A stretch of DNA of 64,000 bases from Trueperaceae bacterium. GTDB taxonomy: Bacteria > Deinococcota > Deinococci > Deinococcales > Trueperaceae. Made by a program: the position numbers and the translations under genes. Below, piece after piece: positions 30,752 to 39,957 of this stretch; the first letter of the stretch is position 1; each line of letters opens with the position of its first letter. The notes beneath the pieces are model-generated. The model did not search any database, had not been told where the DNA came from, and saw only the letters and a program-made list of their open reading frames with translations. The stretch is from NCBI GenBank assembly GCA_034520945.1, contig JAXHNB010000006.1, positions 512,001-576,000 of the forward strand, given 5' to 3'.

Positions 30752-32029
30752 TCACGTGGGCGCCTCCAGCACCAGCGGCGGCGGAGACGCGTGCGTCGCG
30801 ATCTCGAAGGCGCCCTGCACCAGCCTCCGCGCCTCTTCCAGCCCGCGACCGTCGCGGTGACGCAGCGTGGCCAGGGGAGCGTCGCGGGCGACCGCGTCCC
30901 CCACCTTGGCGTGCAGCTCGACGCCGACGCCCCGATCGATGTCCTGCGCCTTGTGGGTGCGCCCCCCACCCAGGAGCTTCACGGCCCGGCCGACCGCCAA
31001 CGCGTCCAGGACGGCCACCTGACCGTCGTTGGGTGCCTCCACCACGGCTTCGCCCGGGGCGAGCGCCAGCGCGTCCGGGTGCGACGGGTCGCCGCCCTGT
31101 GCCGTGACCCAGCGTTCGAAGCGCGCCCGCGCGCGGCCGTCGTCCAGAGAGCGCGCCAGCGCGGCCCGCTCGCCGTTCAGGCCGGCGGCCGACAGGCCCG
31201 CCGACGCCAACGTCAGCACCAGCTCGCGAAGGTCCGCGGGCCCGCCGCCGTCCAGCGCGTCCAGCGCCTCGCGGACCTCCAGGGCGTTGCCGATGGTACG
31301 CCCCAGCGGTTGGCTCATGTCGGACAGCACCACGCGCACCTCGCGGCCGGCGCGGTCCCCGATGGCGCGCATCATGCGCCCCAGGGCCCGCGCCTCGTCC
31401 AGCGTGCGCATGAACGCGCCGCGCCCCACCTTGACGTCCAGCACCAGGGTGCGCGCGCCCCCGGCGAGCTTCTTGCTCATCACGCTCGACGCGATCAACG
31501 ACGGCTCCCGCACGGTGGCGGTGGCGTCCCGTAGGGCGTACAGCACCCCGTCGGCCGGGGCGAAGTCCTTCGACTGCCCCGTCACCACCACGCCCACCTC
31601 GCGCGCCTGCCGCATGAACGCCTCGTCGGACAGCTCGGCGCGGTAGCCGGGGTAGCTCTCCAACTTGTCGATGGTGCCGCCGGTGTGCCCGAGACCGCGT
31701 CCCGACATTTTGGCGACCGTGGCGCCATGCTCGGCCAGCAGTGGCGCCAGCACCAGGGTGGTCTTGTCGCCGACGCCGCCCGTGGAGTGCTTGTCGATGG
31801 TGTGCTGCAGGCCGGACAGGTCCTGGTGGTCCCCGCTGTCCGCCATCGCCTGCGTCAACACGGCGGTTTCCGCCTCGTTCAGGCCGTGCCAGCACACCGC
31901 CATCAGCCAGGCCGCCACCTGGTAGTCGGGCACCTCGCCGTGGGCGACGCCATGGACGAACGCTCGGAGCGACGCCTCGTCGTGCGCGTCGCCGTCACGC
32001 TTGCTCTGCAGAAACGCCAGTGCGTTCAT
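30752..32029 (-). CDS. pdp: Pyrimidine-nucleoside/thymidine phosphorylase
   Basis: DKHSTGGVGDKT, KMSGRGLGHTGGTIDKLES, YALRD, SKKLA; TAGACT 7 nt upstream. Confidence 0.95.
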   Translation of the reverse strand: MNALAFLQSKRDGDAHDEASLRAFVHGVAHGEVPDYQVAAWLMAVCWHGLNEAETAVLTQAMADSGDHQDLSGLQHTIDKHSTGGVGDKTTLVLAPLLAEHGATVAKMSGRGLGHTGGTIDKLESYPGYRAELSDEAFMRQAREVGVVVTGQSKDFAPADGVLYALRDATATVREPSLIASSVMSKKLAGGARTLVLDVKVGRGAFMRTLDEARALGRMMRAIGDRAGREVRVVLSDMSQPLGRTIGNALEVREALDALDGGGPADLRELVLTLASAGLSAAGLNGERAALARSLDDGRARARFERWVTAQGGDPSHPDALALAPGEAVVEAPNDGQVAVLDALAVGRAVKLLGGGRTHKAQDIDRGVGVELHAKVGDAVARDAPLATLRHRDGRGLEEARRLVQGAFEIATHASPPPLVLEAPT

Positions 32030-32065
32030 GGGCACGAGTCTAGCCCAGCGCGGGCGGGGCTCGCT

Positions 32066-33550
32066 TCACCCCCAGCCTGCGTCGTGAAGCGCCCGACGCG
32101 CCTCCGACGCCTCGTCCCAGGGAAGCACCTCGTCCGCCCGCTCCAGCGTGGCCTCGTGCCCCTTGCCGGCCAGCAGCACCACGTCGCCGGGCCGCGCCAG
32201 CGCCACGGCGGTGCGGATCGCCTCGCGCCGGTCGGGCACGACCCGCACGTCGTCGCCGGGCCGGCCCCCCGCCCCGCGCGCCCCCTCCACCATGGCGTCC
32301 AGAATGTCCGCGACGGCTTCGCTGCGCGCGTCCTCTTCGGTCAGGACGACCACGTCCGCCCCCGCCACGGCCGCTGCGCCCAAGGGCCCGCGCTTGGCGG
32401 GGTCGCGTTCGCCCGCGGCGCCGATCACCACGATGCGCCGCCCCTGCTGCGGCGCGACGGCCTCCAAGGCGCGCGCCAAGGCCGGCGCCGTGTGCGCGAA
32501 GTCCACCACCACCGTGAACGGCTCGGCCTGCACGACCTGCATGCGGCCGGGCACGCCGGGAAACGTGGCCAGGCGGGCGGTGGCGTCCGGGAGCGGCACG
32601 CCCTCCGCGTGCGCGACCGCCAGGGCCGCCAGCGCGTTCCAGGCGTTGAACCGCCCGACCAGCGGCACCGTCGCCTCGAGCGTCCGCCCGTTCGGGGCGG
32701 CGATGCGGAGCTCCAAGCGGCCGGGCGGTTGGGCGACGCTCAGCAAGCGCCAGTCGGCGCGGGGGTCCTCGCCGAAGCTGACGTGCGTGTCGGCCGCGGC
32801 CGCGAAGTCGGGGTAGTGCGGGTCGTCGCGATTCAGGACCGCCGCGCCGGCGCGACGGATCAGCGAGATCTTCGCGTCGCGGTAGGCCTCGAGGGTGCCG
32901 TGGAAGTCGAGGTGCTCCGGCGCGAGGTTGGTCCACACCGCCCGGGCGTACTGCACCTCGTCCAGGCGGCCCAGGGCCAGCCCGTGCGAACTGGACTCCA
33001 GCACCACCCGCGCCATGCCGTGATCCACCGCGCGTGCCAGGAAGGCCTGCACCTCGCTGGCCTCCGGCGTGGTGAACCGCCCCTCGCCCGGCGCGTGCGT
33101 GCGGCCGAAGCGGGTCATGGCGCTGGAGGAGAGGGCGGCGGGCGCGGCCTCGTCGTCCAGCAGCCACCACATCAGCGCGGCGGTGGTGGTCTTGCCGTCC
33201 GTGCCGGTGACGCCCAGCACGCGGGTGCGCGTCGACGGGGCGCCATGGTAGGCGGCCGCGAGCCGCGCCACGGCCGCGCGGTCGTTCGGCACCGAGAGGT
33301 ACGGGACGCCCCCCAGGGGCAGGCTCCGGCCGTCCGGACGCGCCCCCACGATCAGGATGGCGCCGGCGGCCACGGCGTCTGCGGCGAAGCGGTGCGCGTC
33401 GACGCGCGCGCCGCGCCTGGCCACGAAGACCGCCCCGGGCACCACGCGCCGCGCGTCCTGCACCACGGTCGAGACCGGCACGTCCGGCAGCGCGTCCGCC
33501 TCCCCGGCCCGTTCCGGGTAGGCGCGGCGAACCAGGTCGGGCAGACGCAC
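32066..33550 (-). CDS. murE: UDP-MurNAc-tripeptide synthetase
   Basis: GVTGTDGKTTT, TTPEA, ESSSHG, EHLDFHGT, DFAHT, LLAGKGHE. Confidence 0.95.
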   Translation of the reverse strand: MRLPDLVRRAYPERAGEADALPDVPVSTVVQDARRVVPGAVFVARRGARVDAHRFAADAVAAGAILIVGARPDGRSLPLGGVPYLSVPNDRAAVARLAAAYHGAPSTRTRVLGVTGTDGKTTTAALMWWLLDDEAAPAALSSSAMTRFGRTHAPGEGRFTTPEASEVQAFLARAVDHGMARVVLESSSHGLALGRLDEVQYARAVWTNLAPEHLDFHGTLEAYRDAKISLIRRAGAAVLNRDDPHYPDFAAAADTHVSFGEDPRADWRLLSVAQPPGRLELRIAAPNGRTLEATVPLVGRFNAWNALAALAVAHAEGVPLPDATARLATFPGVPGRMQVVQAEPFTVVVDFAHTAPALARALEAVAPQQGRRIVVIGAAGERDPAKRGPLGAAAVAGADVVVLTEEDARSEAVADILDAMVEGARGAGGRPGDDVRVVPDRREAIRTAVALARPGDVVLLAGKGHEATLERADEVLPWDEASEARRALHDAGWG

Positions 33551-33558
33551 GGCGCCGT

Positions 33559-34185
33559 TCAGGACCGCACCAGCGGCGGCACCAGTCCGTGCGGCTCCAG
33601 CAGCTCGAAGGTCCGCCGGCGGTCACGGTCGGAGCGCACGAAGTCGAGCTCGTCGGCGGGCAGCACCACCGTCCGCGACAGGTCGTACGACGCCACGAAG
33701 GCGTCGTACAGCTCGTTCAGGCGCGCCAGGTAGCTCTCGGCGATGTCGCTCTCGTAGGCGCGTCCGCGGAGGTCGATGCGCTCCTTGAGCGTCGACACCG
33801 ACGCGCGCAGGTAGACCAGCAGGTCCGGCGGGCGCAACGTGGCGGCGATCGCCTCGTACATGCGGCGGTAGGCGTCGTGGTCCCGGCCCGAGAGGATGCC
33901 TTCCTGCCACAGGTTGCGCGCGAACACGGCGGCGTCCTCGTAGACGGTGCGGTCTTGAATCACGCGCTCGCCCGGGTTGACCTGCCGGAGGTGCTGCCGC
34001 AGCCGCTCGGCCAGGAAGAACATTTGGGAGTGGAACGCCCACCGCTTCATGTCGCGGTAGAAGTCCGGCAGGTAGGGGTTGTCGTCCACGGCTTCGAAGA
34101 TCGGTTCCAGCGCGTAGCGGTCGGAGAGGATGCGGGTCAGGCTGCTCTTGCCGACCCCGATGTTCCCGGCGATGGCGACGTACAC
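33559..34185 (-). CDS. Deoxynucleoside kinase
   Basis: IAGNIGVGKSSL, QDRTVYED, PDLLVYLRA..R..RGR.YE. Confidence 0.92.
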   Translation of the reverse strand: MYVAIAGNIGVGKSSLTRILSDRYALEPIFEAVDDNPYLPDFYRDMKRWAFHSQMFFLAERLRQHLRQVNPGERVIQDRTVYEDAAVFARNLWQEGILSGRDHDAYRRMYEAIAATLRPPDLLVYLRASVSTLKERIDLRGRAYESDIAESYLARLNELYDAFVASYDLSRTVVLPADELDFVRSDRDRRRTFELLEPHGLVPPLVRS

Positions 34186-34195
34186 GGTTGGCTCC

Positions 34196-34798
34196 TCAGG
34201 CCACGCGGGCCAATTGCAGGACGTCGCCCAGCAGGGCGTCGCGGTCTTCGCCTCGTGACACGAAGTCCAGATCGCCCGCCTCGACGACGTGCATGCGGTG
34301 GGGGTAGTGGGCGAAGTAGGCGTCGTACGCCTCGCTCAAGCGCCGCAGGTACGTCTCGTCCATGTCGTGCTCGAAGGGGCGGCCACGCCGCGCGATCCGC
34401 TCCAGCAGCACGTCCGTGCCGGCACGCAGGTACACCACCAGGTCCGGCGTGGTCAGCTTCGGGCGCAGGTTCTGGTACAGGTCCTGGTACAACTCCCACT
34501 CGTCCCCTTCCAGGTTCAGTGACGCGAAGATCCAATCCTTGTCGAACAGGTAGTCGGTGACCGTGTGCCGCGTGAACAGCGCCCCCTGGTCCAGGTCCCG
34601 CACCTGCTTGAAGCGCGACAGGAGGAAGAACACCTGCACGTTGAACGCGAACCGGGCGGGGTCGCGGTAGAACGGGGCCAGGAACGGGTTCTCCTCCACC
34701 ACCTCCAGCACCAGCCGCGCCTCGATCTCCGCGGCGAGGATGCGGGCCAAGCTGGTCTTACCCACGCCGATGGGGCCTTCCACCACGATCCTCGACAC
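34196..34798 (-). CDS. Deoxynucleoside kinase
   Basis: VEGPIGVGKTSLA, ENPFL..FY, DYLFDKD, RIARRGRPFE. Confidence 0.92.
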   Translation of the reverse strand: MSRIVVEGPIGVGKTSLARILAAEIEARLVLEVVEENPFLAPFYRDPARFAFNVQVFFLLSRFKQVRDLDQGALFTRHTVTDYLFDKDWIFASLNLEGDEWELYQDLYQNLRPKLTTPDLVVYLRAGTDVLLERIARRGRPFEHDMDETYLRRLSEAYDAYFAHYPHRMHVVEAGDLDFVSRGEDRDALLGDVLQLARVA

Positions 34799-34880
34799 GT
34801 CACCACCCCTCAGCCCCCCGAGGATACCTCAGGGCCGGGAACGGGGGTTCTCGGCGCCTGTGCTAGACTCCTGGCAGCAC

Positions 34881-36353
34881 ATGGACAACGACCCTCCGAG
34901 TCGATCTCGGCCCCGTACCTTCCCCTTCGTCCTCGCACTGTTCGCACTCACCGCACCGCTGCTGGCGTTGGCGCAACCTGTGTCCGACGCCGCGGGCGGC
35001 GTGTCGGCCGCTCAGGTCGCGACGCTGGTCATCCTGCTGCTGCTCTCAGGTCTGATGTCCGGGTCCGAGACGGCGCTGACCGCGCTGGGCGAGTGGAAGA
35101 TCCGTCAGCTCCGCGAGGACGGCCTGGACCCGACCGGCGTGTTCGCGCTTCTCGAAATGCAGCCCACGCGCTTCATCACCACGCTGCTGATCGGCAACAA
35201 CCTCGTCAACATCGCCGCGACCGCGTTGGTGACGCAGATGTCGATCAATCTATCGCGGCAGTTGGGGTTCGCGGAATCGCTGGCCGTCGGCTATGCGACC
35301 GGGGTGATGACGCTCCTGGTGCTGATCTTCGGCGAGATCACGCCCAAGTCGATCGCCGTCCACAACGCCGTCGGGTTCAGCCGACTGGTGATCCGGCCCG
35401 TCTGGATGCTGTCGGTGGTGCTGTACCCGGTGGGGCGGTTCTTTGCCTGGATCACCACCTGGATCCTTCGCGGCCTGCGACTGGAGCCGACCGCCAGTCC
35501 GCTGATCACCGAGAACGAGCTGCGGTTGATGCTTCGCAGCGCCGAGGAGTCCGGCGTGATCGAAGCGCAGGAAGAGAAGATGATCAAGGGCATCATCGAC
35601 CTGGAGGAGACGGTGGTGCGCGAGGTGATGACCCCGCGCGTCGACGTGGTCGCCATCTCCGAGGACGCGCCGCTGGACCAGTTGCTGGACCTGGTGATCG
35701 AGCACGGCTTCAGCCGCCTGCCGGTGTACGCCGGCAGCATCGACGACGTGCACGGCCTGGTGTACGCCCGCGACCTGCTGCCGTTCCTGGGCCGGCCCGA
35801 CGCGATGGCGGAGACCCGGATCGGCGATCTGATGGGTCCCCCGCAGTACGTGCCGGAGACGCTCTCGGTCCTGAGCCTGCTTCGCGACATGCGCCTCCGC
35901 AAGCTGCACATGGCGGTCGTCGTGGACGAGTTCGGCGGCACCAGCGGCCTGATCACGCTCGAGGACATCATCGAGGAGATCACCGGCGAGATCTACGACG
36001 AGACCGACGAGGACGAGGGCGAGGACGTCGTCCTCGAGGACGACGGCTCGTACCTGGTCCAGGGCGCCGCGCACCTCGAGGAGGTCGCGGAGGTGCTACG
36101 GGTCACGTTCGAGGACGACGGCGAGTTCGACACGTTGGCCGGCTTCCTGATCAACGCGTTCGGGTACATCCCGCAGGTCGGCGAGTCGATCGACGTGCAA
36201 CACGTCAACTTCCAGGTCGTCGACGCGGACGAACGGCGCGTGCTGGGCGTTCGGGCCGTGCTGCACGACGCCGACGCCTTCGAATCGCACACCGCAGCGA
36301 GCGACGAGTCGGACGAGCGCATCCCAGGCGGCGCCCGGTACGGTCCCGAGTAG
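34881..36353 (+). CDS. HlyC/CorC (CNNM + CBS + CorC) family membrane protein
   Basis: SGSETAL, LIGNNLVNI, IFGEITPKS, VMTPR, VVDEFGGTSGLITLEDIIEEITGEIYDE. Confidence 0.92.
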   Translation: MDNDPPSRSRPRTFPFVLALFALTAPLLALAQPVSDAAGGVSAAQVATLVILLLLSGLMSGSETALTALGEWKIRQLREDGLDPTGVFALLEMQPTRFITTLLIGNNLVNIAATALVTQMSINLSRQLGFAESLAVGYATGVMTLLVLIFGEITPKSIAVHNAVGFSRLVIRPVWMLSVVLYPVGRFFAWITTWILRGLRLEPTASPLITENELRLMLRSAEESGVIEAQEEKMIKGIIDLEETVVREVMTPRVDVVAISEDAPLDQLLDLVIEHGFSRLPVYAGSIDDVHGLVYARDLLPFLGRPDAMAETRIGDLMGPPQYVPETLSVLSLLRDMRLRKLHMAVVVDEFGGTSGLITLEDIIEEITGEIYDETDEDEGEDVVLEDDGSYLVQGAAHLEEVAEVLRVTFEDDGEFDTLAGFLINAFGYIPQVGESIDVQHVNFQVVDADERRVLGVRAVLHDADAFESHTAASDESDERIPGGARYGPE

Positions 36354-36374
36354 GGCTCGTCTTTAGGGCGGTCG

Positions 36375-37514
36375 TCAGCCCGCCGCGTCGCTACGGCGCA
36401 GGTGGTAGCGCCGCGCCACGCGCGGCGCGACGTGGGTCAGCAGTTCGTACGAGATGGTGCCGATGCGCTCGGCCAGCGCGTCCGCGCCCGGGCCGTGCCC
36501 TCCCCACACGTCGACGCGGTCGCCGACCTCCACGTCCGCGCTCCCGACGTCGATCATGGTCTGGTCCATGCACACCCGGCCCACCACCCGCGCGCGACGT
36601 CCGTCCGGCAGCCCGACCTCGCCCAGGTTGGACAGCGCCCGCGGATAGCCGTCGCCGTACCCGATGCGAAGCGTGGCGATCGTCGTCGCTTGCGGCGCGC
36701 GCCAGGCGTGGCCGTACGACACGGCCTCGCCGGCCTGAACGCGCTTTGTGAACACCACCGGCGCCCGCAGGCGCAGGACGGGCTCCAACGGCCCCTCCGG
36801 CCCGGGCGCGTACGTCACCGGCGGGTAGCCGTACACCGCGATGCCGGGCCGAACCATGTCGAGATGGGTCGCCGGGTGCGCCAGCAGGGCGGCGCTGTTG
36901 GCCGCGTGCCGGATGCGCGGACGAATGCCCTCGGCGGCCAGGCGCGCCAGCACCGCCTCGAAGGTGCGGCGCTGCCCCTCGGTGGCGTCCGAGGCAAGCT
37001 CGTCCGCGCGGGCGAAGTGCGTCCACACCCCCGCGAGCTCCGCGGTCGGTTCCAGCGCCACCGCCCGCGCCAGCGCCACGGCCGCCTCCGGCCGGCATCC
37101 CAGCCGGCCCATGCCGGTGTCGACCTTGAGGTGCAGCTGCACGGGCACGTCGTCCTCGGCGGCGTCGACGGCGCGGCGAAGGTCGTTCTCATCGGTCAGC
37201 GTCAGATCGATGCCGGCCCGGACCAACCGCCGCAGCGGGGGGCCGTACACCGGCCCGAACGCCAGGATGCGCGCGTCGATCCCTGCGCGTCGCAACGCCA
37301 ACGCCTCGTCCGGGGTGGCGACGCCCAGGGCCTCCACGCCGGCCCGGACCAGCGTGCGGGCGACCGGCACGAGCCCGTGCCCGTACGCGTCCGCCTTTAC
37401 CGCCACCAGCATCGCCGCGCCCTCCGCGAGGTGGGCCCGCAGACGCCGCACGTTGCGCCTCAGCGCATCCAGGTCCACCTCGGCCACGGGCACGGGGGCG
37501 CGGGGTTCGTCCAT
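36375..37514 (-). CDS. alr: Alanine racemase
   Basis: AVKADAYGHG, KVDTGMGRLG, GYGDG, GRVCMDQ. Confidence 0.95.
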   Translation of the reverse strand: MDEPRAPVPVAEVDLDALRRNVRRLRAHLAEGAAMLVAVKADAYGHGLVPVARTLVRAGVEALGVATPDEALALRRAGIDARILAFGPVYGPPLRRLVRAGIDLTLTDENDLRRAVDAAEDDVPVQLHLKVDTGMGRLGCRPEAAVALARAVALEPTAELAGVWTHFARADELASDATEGQRRTFEAVLARLAAEGIRPRIRHAANSAALLAHPATHLDMVRPGIAVYGYPPVTYAPGPEGPLEPVLRLRAPVVFTKRVQAGEAVSYGHAWRAPQATTIATLRIGYGDGYPRALSNLGEVGLPDGRRARVVGRVCMDQTMIDVGSADVEVGDRVDVWGGHGPGADALAERIGTISYELLTHVAPRVARRYHLRRSDAAG

Positions 37515-37521
37515 CACCTGC

Positions 37522-38727
37522 CTACCCGCCCTTGCTGACGTCGGCCCGCCGCTCGAGCCAGTGCAGCAGGCTGGAGGCGCTGAGCGTCAGAGCGATGTAG
37601 ATCACGGCCGCGCTGTTGTACGGCGGGAACAGATTCAGGGTGGCCGCGCCGAACTCGCGCGCCTTTTGCGTCACGTCCCCCACGCCGATCACCGACAGCA
37701 GCGCGGTGTCCTTCAACATGGCGATGAACTCGTTGCCGAGCGGGGGCAGCACGATGCGGATCGCCTGCGGTAGCACCACGAAGCGGGCGGTCTGCATCCC
37801 GTCGAGCCCCAGGCTGCGGGCGGCCTCCACCTGTCCGCGCGGGATCGCTTCGATGCCGGCACGAAAGATCTCGGCCATGTAGGCGGCGTAGCCGATCGCA
37901 ATGGCCAGCACCCCCCGCAACAGGTCGCTCTGGATCACGATACGCCCGCCGGTGAGGTCGCGGACCGCCCCCGGGATCACGAAGCCGATGAACAGGATCA
38001 CCACCAGCATCGGAACGCCGCGGATCAGGTCGACGTACAGCTCGGCGAACACGGACAGCGGGTGCTCGCGGCTCTGCTGCGCGGCGAACGCCAGCAACGC
38101 CAGCAGGAACCCCAGCGCCAGCGCCAGCATCGCGGGGTTGCGTGCCGAATCGGGCAGAAAGGTGACGCGCCATCGCTCCTCCAGCTCGGGTGGAATCTCC
38201 TCGCCCGGAAGGAACACCGCCCCCACGCGGCCCTCCTCCAGGTAGCCAAGCGCCGCCCCCGCATCCAGGGCGCTGACGAAGCTGCGCCCCTCGGCCCCCT
38301 CTGCGTAGCTTCCCTCCTTGAGGACGTCGACCAGGCGCGTCGGCGTGCCGCGAAGGATGGCCACCCGCCCTTCGGTGCCACCGGCGAGCACCAGCTCCTC
38401 GGTAGGGAACGTCAACGTCGCGCCGCCGCCCACGGCCAGGACGGCGGCGGCGGCGTAGAAGCCCGGAACCGTCCACCTGCCCAGGGGGACCAACATCATG
38501 CCCGCCAACGCCAACCCGAGCACCGAGGCCAAGGCGTAGCCCAGGACCGTGACCGAGATGGTGTAGTTCAGGCCCGGCAGCAGGAAGCGAAGGGCGCGTT
38601 GGTAGTCGGGGTCCTGGGTGTACAGCAGGATCAGCAACGGGAGGAGCGCCAACAGCACCAGGTAGCTGGGCTTGATGCGGCCCAGCCGGCCTTTGCGCAC
38701 CTTGGCGTGGGGGTTGGGGCGACCCAT
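37522..38727 (-). CDS. Polar amino acid ABC permease with an extra soluble insert
   Basis: YVDLIRGVP, AAYMAEIFRAGIEAIPRGQVEAARSLG (EAA loop), LPQA; start could be 38733 (GTG after GGAGG). Confidence 0.9.
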   Translation of the reverse strand: MGRPNPHAKVRKGRLGRIKPSYLVLLALLPLLILLYTQDPDYQRALRFLLPGLNYTISVTVLGYALASVLGLALAGMMLVPLGRWTVPGFYAAAAVLAVGGGATLTFPTEELVLAGGTEGRVAILRGTPTRLVDVLKEGSYAEGAEGRSFVSALDAGAALGYLEEGRVGAVFLPGEEIPPELEERWRVTFLPDSARNPAMLALALGFLLALLAFAAQQSREHPLSVFAELYVDLIRGVPMLVVILFIGFVIPGAVRDLTGGRIVIQSDLLRGVLAIAIGYAAYMAEIFRAGIEAIPRGQVEAARSLGLDGMQTARFVVLPQAIRIVLPPLGNEFIAMLKDTALLSVIGVGDVTQKAREFGAATLNLFPPYNSAAVIYIALTLSASSLLHWLERRADVSKGG

Positions 38728-38753
38728 GGTCACCTCCCGGAAGGCATGCGAAG

Positions 38754-38780
38754 CGGGGGCCGGGCTCGGCCCGGCCCCCG
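38754..38780 (-). other. Intercistronic stem-loop between SBP and permease genes
   Basis: CGGGGGCCGGGC-TCG-GCCCGGCCCCCG. Confidence 0.6.
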
Positions 38781-38822
38781 GTGGGACGACGCGGTGTCAC
38801 CGCGCCGCGCGGCGCGGCCGGG

Positions 38823-39572
38823 TCACTCCTCGGGTCCGAACCATTTCGCGACCAGATCGTCGAGGGTGCCGTCCTCGCGGATTTCGGCGAGCCCTTCGTC
38901 GAAGTCGAACACCAGCGGGTCGCCCTCCTGGAACACCAGGCCGAGGGGGTCGCTGGTCAGTCCGCGAATGCCGACCACCAGGTCGCCGGCGTGCTGTTGC
39001 GCGAAGGCGTCCGCGGTCACCCCGTCGATGATGACCCCGTCCACGTCGCCGTTCAGGAGGGCCTGCACGGCCGAGTTGAAGGTGTCGTACAGGCGGAGCC
39101 GGTCCTGGCCGACCAGTTCTTCGCCGAGCTGGGCGTTGGTGGTGCCCAGCTGCGCACCGAGCACCAGATCGGCGTCGTCGGCGGTGAAGTCCGCTTCGGT
39201 GAGGCCCTCGTCCTCGACGCGCATGGTGATGGCCTGCGACACCACGAGGTAGGGGTCGCTGAAGTCGACGATCTCGTCCCGTTCGGGGGTGATGGACACG
39301 CCCGAGGCGACCATGTCGAACTGGCCCTCCGCCAGGGCGGGGAAGATCCCGTCCCAGGCCGTGGTCACGAACTCCGCTTCACAATCGATGCGTTCGCAGA
39401 TGGCGTTCACGACGTCGACGTCGAAGCCGACGATGTCGCCGTCCTGGTTCACGGTCTCGAACGGCGGGTAGGTGGTGTCGCTGCCGACGCGCAGGGTGCG
39501 GCCGCCTAGGTCGGCCTGGGCGAAGGACACTCCGAGCAGGAGCACGATAAGGAGGAGGAACGGACGCTTCAT
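38823..39572 (-). CDS. Polar/basic amino acid ABC substrate-binding protein
   Basis: Signal peptide; DTTYPPFE, GFDVD, WDGIFPAL, SITPER..VDFSDPY; SD AAGGAAGG. Confidence 0.92.
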   Translation of the reverse strand: MKRPFLLLIVLLLGVSFAQADLGGRTLRVGSDTTYPPFETVNQDGDIVGFDVDVVNAICERIDCEAEFVTTAWDGIFPALAEGQFDMVASGVSITPERDEIVDFSDPYLVVSQAITMRVEDEGLTEADFTADDADLVLGAQLGTTNAQLGEELVGQDRLRLYDTFNSAVQALLNGDVDGVIIDGVTADAFAQQHAGDLVVGIRGLTSDPLGLVFQEGDPLVFDFDEGLAEIREDGTLDDLVAKWFGPEE

Positions 39573-39957
39573 GGGGCCTTCCTTTCTGTGCTGGATCCGC
39601 GTGGGTACTTCGTGGGGTCGGCGTCCCGCCATGCGTGCGGGGCGTGCATGAAGATACCCCGCCGCGCACGCGCCGGGCAAGGCGGGGGGCTGGGCGCGTC
39701 GGTGTGGTTCGGAACTTCTCGGCGGGTGCGCGCGCAACGCATACGGCCTGCATACGACGAATCGGTGGAAGGGCAGGCGTGGAAAGCGTCGGACACGAGG
39801 ATCGTCGCGCCCCATGCGGGAACGCCGCGACTGGGATCGCCAGATGGGTGCGCCGGAGGTGGCACATCTCGCGGCGGTTTCGCGCGCGACGCCGCAGGGC
39901 GCCGACGACGGCGTCACACACCTGCACGGCGTCGTTGCGGCGCCGGCCGGGCCGTCA

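Noticed and set aside
30720..30860. C-terminal 45 aa of the 348-aa transposase ORF
   Set aside because: Read-through into intergenic and antisense pdp sequence after the truncation point
33559..34798. Tandem deoxynucleoside kinases as a novel nucleotide-depletion or defence module
   Set aside because: Paired dAK/dGK-type genes are a common salvage arrangement, here beside pdp and murE
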